Shown: positions 57,533 through 64,000 of the stretch, one piece after another | Layout: the number at the start of each line of letters is the position of its first letter | Position numbering within the stretch: the stretch's first letter is position 1 | Assembly: GCA_963706025.1 (NCBI GenBank) | Contig: CAVPLM010000003.1 | Coordinates: 817,970-881,969 of the forward strand | DNA from: an uncultured Actinomycetes bacterium | GTDB lineage: Bacteria > Actinomycetota > Thermoleophilia > RBG-16-64-13 | Reading direction: 5' to 3' | DNA length: 64,000 bases | Made by a program: the position numbers and the translations under genes | Notes under the pieces: model-generated | What the model was told of the DNA's origin: nothing | The model's input: only the letters and a program-made list of their open reading frames with translations | Databases searched by the model: none

Positions 57533-58501
57533 TCAGGGGATGAGCAGGATCTTGCCGGCAGCCTTGCGGGAGGCCAGCAGCCGGTGTGCCTCGGGTGCCT
57601 CGGACAAGGGGAAGGTTGCCGCCACGGTCACCTTCAGCTTGCCGGATTCGATCCAGCCGAACATCTCCGTCGCCCGCGCCATGAGTTCGTCTCGGGTCCG
57701 GATGAAGTCCCAGAGAGTCGGTCTTTGCAGATAGAGGCTGCCTTTGTGGAACAAGATGAGGGGATCGAAGGGCGCGACCGGTCCACTCGCGCCGCCGAAA
57801 AGGACCATGTATCCCCGGGGCACGAGGCAATCGAGCCCCTGGCTGAACGTCTTCTGGCCCACTCCGTCGTACACTACCTGGACGCCCACCCCTCCGGTGA
57901 GCGTCCTTACCCGTTCGACGAAGTCCTCTTCTTCGTAGTTGATCGTCTCGTCGGCGCCCGCGGCCTTGGCGATGGAAGCCTTTTCTTCCGTGGAGACCGT
58001 CCCGATGACCCGGGCCCCGGCGAGTTTCGCCATCTGGCAGAGCAACTGCCCCACTCCACCGGCGGCGGCGTGCACGAGGCAGGTGTCTCCCGGCTTGAGC
58101 TCGTACGAGGAGCGGGTGAGGTAGTGGGCGGTGAGGCCCTGCAGAATCACGGCCGCGGCCAGACGTTCGTCGACACCCGGGGGTAAGGGGACGAGCCGGT
58201 CGGCAGGGACGATCGCCTCGCTGGCATAGGCTCCTTGGCCACCCACCCAGGCGACACGGTCGCCGACGGCCACGGGCGAATCACCCGGTCCCAGTCGCTC
58301 GACGACTCCCGCCCCCTCTCCCCCCATGGCTATGGGAAGTGGAAGGGCGTAGTGCCCGGTTCGGTGGTAGATCTCGATGAAGTTGACGCCCACCGCCGAG
58401 ACCCGGACGAGGGCCTCCCCCAGGCCGGGCTCCGGCGTCGGGAGGGTGTCGAGGACCAGGACCTCCGGCCCGCCACACCGGTGCACTCTGATAACCTGCA
58501 T
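57533..58501 (-). CDS. qor: NADPH:quinone oxidoreductase (zeta-crystallin/Qor, MDR family)
   Basis: Motifs GGPEVL, GVNFIEIY, LQGLTAHYL, HAAAGGVG and YDGVG. Confidence 0.9.
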   Translation of the reverse strand: MQVIRVHRCGGPEVLVLDTLPTPEPGLGEALVRVSAVGVNFIEIYHRTGHYALPLPIAMGGEGAGVVERLGPGDSPVAVGDRVAWVGGQGAYASEAIVPADRLVPLPPGVDERLAAAVILQGLTAHYLTRSSYELKPGDTCLVHAAAGGVGQLLCQMAKLAGARVIGTVSTEEKASIAKAAGADETINYEEEDFVERVRTLTGGVGVQVVYDGVGQKTFSQGLDCLVPRGYMVLFGGASGPVAPFDPLILFHKGSLYLQRPTLWDFIRTRDELMARATEMFGWIESGKLKVTVAATFPLSEAPEAHRLLASRKAAGKILLIP

Positions 58502-58753
58502 GCTGCTCCTCCTCTCACGACTCGATTCCTCTACTCTACCGTGAACCTGGCCGCCAGGGGCCGGTCGACTAAGAAGAGAGTATCTGAAGAACTCGAGGAG
58601 GTGGTGCCGATGCTCATGGCGAGCCGAAGCGTTGGAGGATCTATAATCGGCTACACGGAGTTGATCGACCGCTTCGACCTCGAAGTGCTCGCTCCCGAAT
58701 CCCGGTCGTACATACTCGATCGGGGCAGTGACGCGACGATGAAAAGAGCCTGA

Positions 58754-59635
58754 ATGAGCGTGTCGGATCTTATTGCGAGCGAGAGAAAGGCCATCTTCCT
58801 TGACGGGGCGATGGGGACTCAACTGGGAGAAGCCTGTCTGGAGATGGGTGGCCAGAACAATGTCACCCACCCAGACGCAGTGCTGGCCGTTCATCAGCGA
58901 TACGCCGACTGCGGAGTCGACCTCCTGATCACAAACACCCTGACCATGAATCGCGTCAATATCGAGTCTCACAAGGTGGGGGTGGATGTACGCGAGGTGA
59001 ATCTGGCCGGAGTCAGGCTGGCCAAAGAAGCCGCTCGTGACGGCCAATACGTGCTTGGCGATATGAGCTCCACCGGGAAGATGCTGAAGCCGTATGGACA
59101 ACTCGATGAGGATGACGCGTACGCCGCGTTCAGGGAGCAGGCAGCCATTCTGGCGGAAGGCGGGGTGGACGGGTTCATCATCGAGACGATGTTCGACCTT
59201 CGCGAAGCTTTGTGCGCAGTACGCGCCGCGAGAGAGGCGAGCGATCTTCCCGTCATCGCTTCGATCGCCTTCAACACCGCCGGCAATGGGGGGCGTACCG
59301 TCATGGGGAACACCGCTCGTGACTGTGCGCAGGCACTGGCCGAAGCGGGAGCGTGCGCGGTCGGGGCGAACTGCGGGAGTCTGGATCCGCTCGAACTGGC
59401 CGAGGTCGTCTCGCTGATGCGAGAAGCGACGTCGCTGCCCATTCTTGCCCAGCCCAATGCGGGCAAGGGCAGACTGGTCGAGAAGCGCCTTGTCTTTGAC
59501 ATGCCGCCTGCTCGTTTTGCGGCCGGTGTTGAGGAGTGTGTGCGGGCAGGAGCCCGGCTGGTCGGCGGCTGCTGCGGGACTTCGCCCGCCCATATCAAGG
59601 CCATGGTGGAGTCGGTAGGCGGGGCGCGGGCCTAA
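58754..59635 (+). CDS. Stand-alone homocysteine S-methyltransferase domain (MetH N-terminal-like)
   Basis: Motifs LDGAMGTQL, IETMFDL, GANC, QPNAG and GGCCGT; no pterin or B12 domains. Confidence 0.9.
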   Translation: MSVSDLIASERKAIFLDGAMGTQLGEACLEMGGQNNVTHPDAVLAVHQRYADCGVDLLITNTLTMNRVNIESHKVGVDVREVNLAGVRLAKEAARDGQYVLGDMSSTGKMLKPYGQLDEDDAYAAFREQAAILAEGGVDGFIIETMFDLREALCAVRAAREASDLPVIASIAFNTAGNGGRTVMGNTARDCAQALAEAGACAVGANCGSLDPLELAEVVSLMREATSLPILAQPNAGKGRLVEKRLVFDMPPARFAAGVEECVRAGARLVGGCCGTSPAHIKAMVESVGGARA

Positions 59636-59843
59636 GAACTCGTTTCAGAATGAAGCTCCGCCGTCCAGGGTGCACTAGGCGGCCGCGGCTTCATTTTGAA
59701 ACGAGTTGTAGCTCACCTGGACTTCTTGTGGCGGAGGTGCAACCTCCGCCTTAACACAAGGGTCGGCTCTCGCATTATCATAGGACACTGACCTAGGGAT
59801 GGGTTCAGCTCGTGCACGTACTATCCGGCACAAGAGGGGACAG

Positions 59844-61280
59844 ATGATCAAGTTCAGCCAGCAACAACTCAAAGCGCCCAAGTTTCTGCGGCCGGTGTAT
59901 CTGGTGACTGCCGGTCAGTCAAAGTACGACAGGGCGATTCCGGACAAGAGAACCGAAGAATTGTGTGTCGACGCCCTGACTATGGCGGCGGAGCTGCTCG
60001 ACCTTACTCCGGCAGAACTCAAGCAATACATACATTCCTGCTACTACGGGCATTTTGCAGACCACTTCGGGGATCAGCTTCTTGGTGAGGCGGTGATCCA
60101 CGACCGGCTTGGGTTGGATCCTCTGGGCAACATCGGAATAAAGTCCGGCGGGGCAACGGGCGGCTCGACCCTCTGGGAAGCCGCGAAGGCGGTGGCATCC
60201 GGGTATTCGGACTGCGTTCTCGCCATGGGGTGGGAACGGATGGATGAAGTCCCCACCGACGAGGGAAACTTCCTGATCTCGTGCGCGGCCGACAGGGACT
60301 GGGAGTCTCCCCTGGGCCACATATACACGGGCTACTACGCGGTCATGGCCCAGAAATACTGGCAGGTGTTCGGCAAGGCCGAGGCTTCGTTCCGGCGCAC
60401 TCTCGCCGAGATCTCCGTGAAACACCACGGCTACGCCCGGTTCAACCCGTTCGCGCAGAGCGGCATGAAGATCACCGTCGACGACGTTCTGATGTCGCCC
60501 GTGATCGCCGACCCACTGCGGGCTCTGGATGCGTGCCTGATGAGCACGGGGGCCGCATGCGCGATCCTCTGCGACGAGGACACGGCGGTGGAGTTGACCA
60601 AGGACAGCAAGCACAAGCCGCTCAGGATCTGGGTGACCGCCGGTTCGCATACCCTGCGCCCCGCGGACAGACGCGATATGGCCATACCCTTGCTTCCCAA
60701 TGAAACGGCCGATCAGTACAAGAACTTGGGCAAGGAATTCCCCGGGGGCGAGCGCTATCCGGGTTTTACCGGTTTTCTCGCTGCAAGGATGGCGGCCTAC
60801 TATGCCTACCATATGACAGGCGTTGTCGATCCCACGGAGGATTTTGACGTCATCGAACTGCATGACGCTTTCACGATCAGCGACGTGCAGACGTACGAGG
60901 ACGTCGGCATCAGACCATATGGCCACGGACGTGACTATGTCGAGTCCGGCGACTGCTATCACGTCAACCCTCACACAGGAAAGCCGGGCAAGCTCCCGTC
61001 AAACCTCTCCGGCGGGTTGCTGGGCTGCATGCATGCGGTCGGCGCCAGTGGCATCATGCAGGTCTTTGAGATAGCGACGCATCTTTGGGGCCGGTGGGCC
61101 GAGATACATGGCGACGCGAACCGGTGGAAGGAATTCGGCAGGGTGAAGCCCGCGGACTGGACCGACCTGCAGGTGAAGGATGCCAAGAGGGCCCTTTCCG
61201 TGAGCCACGCTGGCGTGGGGTCGCACGTGACGGCGACCATCCTCATGGACCCCGATCATCTGTTGAAGAAAGACGCGTGA
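59844..61280 (+). CDS. Thiolase-fold protein (SCP-x/Ltp2-like) lacking the N-terminal catalytic Cys
   Basis: Motifs GIKSGGATGG, ELHDAFT and NLSGGL..HAVGASG. Confidence 0.88.
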   Translation: MIKFSQQQLKAPKFLRPVYLVTAGQSKYDRAIPDKRTEELCVDALTMAAELLDLTPAELKQYIHSCYYGHFADHFGDQLLGEAVIHDRLGLDPLGNIGIKSGGATGGSTLWEAAKAVASGYSDCVLAMGWERMDEVPTDEGNFLISCAADRDWESPLGHIYTGYYAVMAQKYWQVFGKAEASFRRTLAEISVKHHGYARFNPFAQSGMKITVDDVLMSPVIADPLRALDACLMSTGAACAILCDEDTAVELTKDSKHKPLRIWVTAGSHTLRPADRRDMAIPLLPNETADQYKNLGKEFPGGERYPGFTGFLAARMAAYYAYHMTGVVDPTEDFDVIELHDAFTISDVQTYEDVGIRPYGHGRDYVESGDCYHVNPHTGKPGKLPSNLSGGLLGCMHAVGASGIMQVFEIATHLWGRWAEIHGDANRWKEFGRVKPADWTDLQVKDAKRALSVSHAGVGSHVTATILMDPDHLLKKDA

Positions 61281-61292
61281 GAGAGGCTGACA

Positions 61293-61883
61293 ATGAGTTC
61301 ATACGGACGGGTCCAGGTAAAAGACAACAAGTACAGGTTCAGGGGTGACTTCCATCGCCTCGAGCAGAATATGCCCATCAGGGATGCTGATCATGGCTGG
61401 AAGCTTATGGGCGTCACGAAGCCCAGGGATATGACCTATGTCCATTCCTATGGGGGCGAGGCGATATTCTTTGAATCGCTCTCACAAGGTAAGCTGATGG
61501 CTACTAAGTGCGAGAACCCGGCCTGCGAAGCCAACGGTTCGGTGTTCCAGCCGTTCAGGATCTATTGCCCGGATTGTCTCTCGAAGTGCACGGTCATCGA
61601 CATGACCGACCTTGCCAAGGAAACGGCCACCATTCACACATTCATGGTCTGCGAGAGATCGGGTGCGTTCAGCGTGCTCGACAAGCCGATCAAGTTCATC
61701 AATGTCGAGTTCGAGAACGTGCCTACCATTCTGTTCAGCTATCTTCTATTAGGCGAGCCCCAGATCGGGATGCGGGTGCTGCCGGTTTTCAAGATATTCA
61801 ATCCGACCTATACGATCCTGGATCTCTCCTGGGTTCCCGCGGGCACGAAAGTCGGTTCGCTACCCGAAGGCTTCTCGTTCTAG
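61293..61883 (+). CDS. DUF35 Zn-ribbon/OB-fold protein
   Basis: GKLMATKCENPAC..PFRIYCPDC, followed by an OB-fold (IHTF..IGMRVLPVF). Confidence 0.85.
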   Translation: MSSYGRVQVKDNKYRFRGDFHRLEQNMPIRDADHGWKLMGVTKPRDMTYVHSYGGEAIFFESLSQGKLMATKCENPACEANGSVFQPFRIYCPDCLSKCTVIDMTDLAKETATIHTFMVCERSGAFSVLDKPIKFINVEFENVPTILFSYLLLGEPQIGMRVLPVFKIFNPTYTILDLSWVPAGTKVGSLPEGFSF

Positions 61884-61942
61884 ACGGTGGAGATGACGCT
61901 TCGCTTGGCAGGAGGAAGCCCACGATACGGTGGAGGAGGTGG

Positions 61943-62923
61943 GTGTTGAGGAATTACGAAGCGCTCAGCGCTGAGGTCAATCTGATAGGTGTCATCAAGG
62001 CCAGGGCGGTCATCAGCCGCTACCTGAACCGGACGAATCTGACTTACTATTCGGAGCTCTCCCGCCTGGCCGGCTGCGAGGTCTTCATCAAACATGAGAA
62101 CCACAACCCCACCGGTTCGTTCAAGATCCGCGGCGCTCTCAATTTCTTCCACCACATGTCCACAGAGGAACTGGAGACCGGCGTGCTGGTCGCCACGCGC
62201 GGCAACCACGGCCTCGCCATGGCCTGGGCCGGCCGGTGGTTCCATGTGCCCTGCACCGTGGTCGTGCCGGAGCACAACAATCCCGAGATCAACCGCATCG
62301 TCGAGAGTTTTGGGGCCGATCTCATCGTGCATGGGCATGACTTCTACGATGCCCAATCCTACTGCGACGAACTGGTCGACAGCGCCGGGTACTACTACGT
62401 CGAACAGGGCGACGAACCCGAGATCCTCAACGGTCTTGGCACGATGGGGCTCGAGATCTTCGAGGACCTCCCTGAGGTGGACATCATCATCTGTCCTATC
62501 GGCGGCGGTTCGGGTTGCGCCTCGCTCATCAAGGTGGCCCGGGCCATCAACCCGAAAGTGGAGATCATCGGGGTGCAGGCCGAACGGGCGGCAGCCTTCC
62601 ATGACTCCTGGAAGAAGGGCGAGCGGGTCACCATCGAGGGGGCCGATACCGTGGCCGACGGTCTGGCGGCACGGAGCGTCTTCCAGCTCCCCTACGCGAT
62701 CATGAAGGACCACATCACGGACGTGGTGCTGCTGAGCGAAGAGGAGATACTGGGGGGTATCCGGCTGGCCCTACAGGTCACACACAACCTGGCTGAAGGG
62801 GCTGGGGCCGCATCCATCGCGGCTGCACTCCAGATCAAAGACCGGCTGGCCGGCAAGAACGTGGCCCTCGTCATGTCCGGAGGAAACCTGGATCACGAGC
62901 ACCTGCTGCAGGCACTCGCTTAG
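61943..62923 (+). CDS. Threonine/serine dehydratase-like PLP enzyme (no ACT domain)
   Basis: Motifs KHENHNPTGSFKIRG, ATRGNHG, PIGGGS and SGGN. Confidence 0.9.
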   Translation: MLRNYEALSAEVNLIGVIKARAVISRYLNRTNLTYYSELSRLAGCEVFIKHENHNPTGSFKIRGALNFFHHMSTEELETGVLVATRGNHGLAMAWAGRWFHVPCTVVVPEHNNPEINRIVESFGADLIVHGHDFYDAQSYCDELVDSAGYYYVEQGDEPEILNGLGTMGLEIFEDLPEVDIIICPIGGGSGCASLIKVARAINPKVEIIGVQAERAAAFHDSWKKGERVTIEGADTVADGLAARSVFQLPYAIMKDHITDVVLLSEEEILGGIRLALQVTHNLAEGAGAASIAAALQIKDRLAGKNVALVMSGGNLDHEHLLQALA

Positions 62924-62924
62924 T

Positions 62925-63213
62925 GGCCGAGGAGGCATAGGGGTCTCCGCGAAGCACTGCGGGTACGCAAAGCTTCGCTCTCCCCCTCGGCGGCACTTCG
63001 GCTAGGGGCTGCCGCGACTCACACCTCGTGACCAAGGGGGCGTAGGGGTTTGGCGCGAGCTTTGCAGTACTCTGCAGTGCTCGCGGCGGACGTCTAGTCG
63101 CCGGCAACGGCGGGGCTGCCGCGACTCACACCTCGTGACCAAGGGGGCGTAGGGGTTTGGCGCGAGCTTTGCAGTACTCTGCAGTGCTCGAGGCGGACCC
63201 CTACGCCCCCTGG
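62925..63213. repeat. REP/REPIN-like intergenic repeat cluster
   Basis: An 87-bp duplication (63005-63091 and 63112-63198, one mismatch); arms ccaagggggcgtagggg / cccctacgccccctgg. Confidence 0.85.
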
Positions 63214-64000
63214 TAGTACGTGCTCCATTTGGCGTCCACCCGCGCCTGGATCTCGGCGATCTGCTCCTCCGTGAGGATCTTGAAGCGCGACTGGGTCTTC
63301 AGATAGTCCCGCACCGGGATTAGCTGTCGTTTTTCCAGGAGCTTCTCCGAAGCGCCGGTCAGTCTGAACGCGCCATGATCGACCTCGTAGAGATCGAAAT
63401 ATCCGGTTTCCACAGCAAGCCGGCCGACCTTGATGGAATAACGCGGGTCGAAACCCCACCCCGGCGGACAGGGTGTGTGGATATGGATGTACTTGGTGCC
63501 CTGGATGGAGATAGCCTTCCCGATCTTGTCGTAGAGGTCTAACGGGTAGGCCGCCGAGGCCGTGGCCACGTAGTCGATGCCGTGCGCGGCCATGATGGCG
63601 GGAACGTCCTTTTTCTGCTGCCGCTTTCCCTTGATGGGCGTATTCGCGGTCAAGGCCCACTGCGGCGTGGTGCCCGAACGCTGTACCCCGGTGTTCATGT
63701 AACCTTCGTTGTCGTAGCACAGGAAGATGAAGTCATCCCCGCGCTCGGCCGCCCCGGACAGCGCCTGGATGCCGATGTCCGCAGTACCGCCGTCGCCGGA
63801 CCAGCCGACGACCTTGATGTGTTCCTTGTTCTGGGCCTTGAGCGCCTCCAGCACACCGGTGGCCGCCGCTGCGGTGGACGCGAAGGTCACGTTCAGACAG
63901 GGTAGCTTGGTGGAGGCGACGGGGAAGAGTCCCTGCAGTACGGTCAGGCAACTGGGCGGCACGACGAGGATGGTATCCGGCCCCAGGGCCTTGAGCCCGA
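63201..64000 (-). CDS. porB: Pyruvate/2-oxoacid:ferredoxin oxidoreductase beta subunit (5' end outside the window)
   Basis: Motifs GDGGTADIG.QALSGA.ERG, YDNEGYMNTG.QRS and PCPPGW. Confidence 0.92.
   Translation of the reverse strand, partial: GLKALGPDTILVVPPSCLTVLQGLFPVASTKLPCLNVTFASTAAAATGVLEALKAQNKEHIKVVGWSGDGGTADIGIQALSGAAERGDDFIFLCYDNEGYMNTGVQRSGTTPQWALTANTPIKGKRQQKKDVPAIMAAHGIDYVATASAAYPLDLYDKIGKAISIQGTKYIHIHTPCPPGWGFDPRYSIKVGRLAVETGYFDLYEVDHGAFRLTGASEKLLEKRQLIPVRDYLKTQSRFKILTEEQIAEIQARVDAKWSTYYQGA

Noticed and set aside
58502-59593. Apparent 364-aa N-terminal extension or fusion on Qor
   Set aside because: It is the antisense of the homocysteine methyltransferase gene. Qor has its own RBS (GAGGAG) and ATG at 58501.
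1-64000. Selenocysteine/pyrrolysine read-through explaining the split genes
   Set aside because: The splits I examined are frame changes, not in-frame UGA/UAG codons.

Overview
This is a high-GC bacterial chromosomal window. The gene set (Thr-rich lipoproteins, leaderless-looking starts, PFOR, a TupA-like protein) suggests an anaerobic Actinomycetota such as Thermoleophilia; that assignment is inference. The left part looks like core genome: a cobalamin-riboswitch-controlled btuFCD operon, purM-purN-purH, a REP-like repeat cluster, two amidohydrolases, a Cys-rich DUF4405 membrane protein behind a CsoR-like operator, and tRNA-Lys. After the tRNA the DNA is accessory. It starts with a HAD/arylsulfatase/SulP module carrying a structured, switch-like 5' leader, then an OYE-type oxidoreductase. 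Next is a ~21.6-kb catabolic block bracketed by a 73-bp direct repeat (22932-23004 and 44608-44680). That block holds decayed M29/NicX-fold genes, an amidohydrolase, a TPP-dependent E1 alpha/beta pair without E2/E3, a Liv-type ABC + BKACE + SDR + DhaKL + cupin + split-transketolase operon, and a TetR gene divergent from a 4-pyridoxolactonase-like / AroY-LpdC-like UbiD / class-III aminotransferase operon. Related CCTAAC..GTTAGG operators sit at several of its promoters. Further right are a small defence-like islet (DEDDh-TerB-BRCT, an HNH relic, ImmA/IrrE + DUF4411), MarR + heterodimeric ABC exporter, hicBA, a Qor-PrpD-AtuA-DUF4387 operon, a stand-alone homocysteine methyltransferase domain, a Cys-less thiolase + DUF35 pair, a threonine dehydratase-like gene and a partial porB. 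Many genes carry single frameshifts, which may be long-read errors. All family calls come from recognising motifs by eye; no searches were run. The best candidate for a new system is the direct-repeat-bounded island with its lactonase-UbiD-aminotransferase unit, a possible O2-independent route for vitamin B6/hydroxypyridine or phenolic-lactone breakdown.
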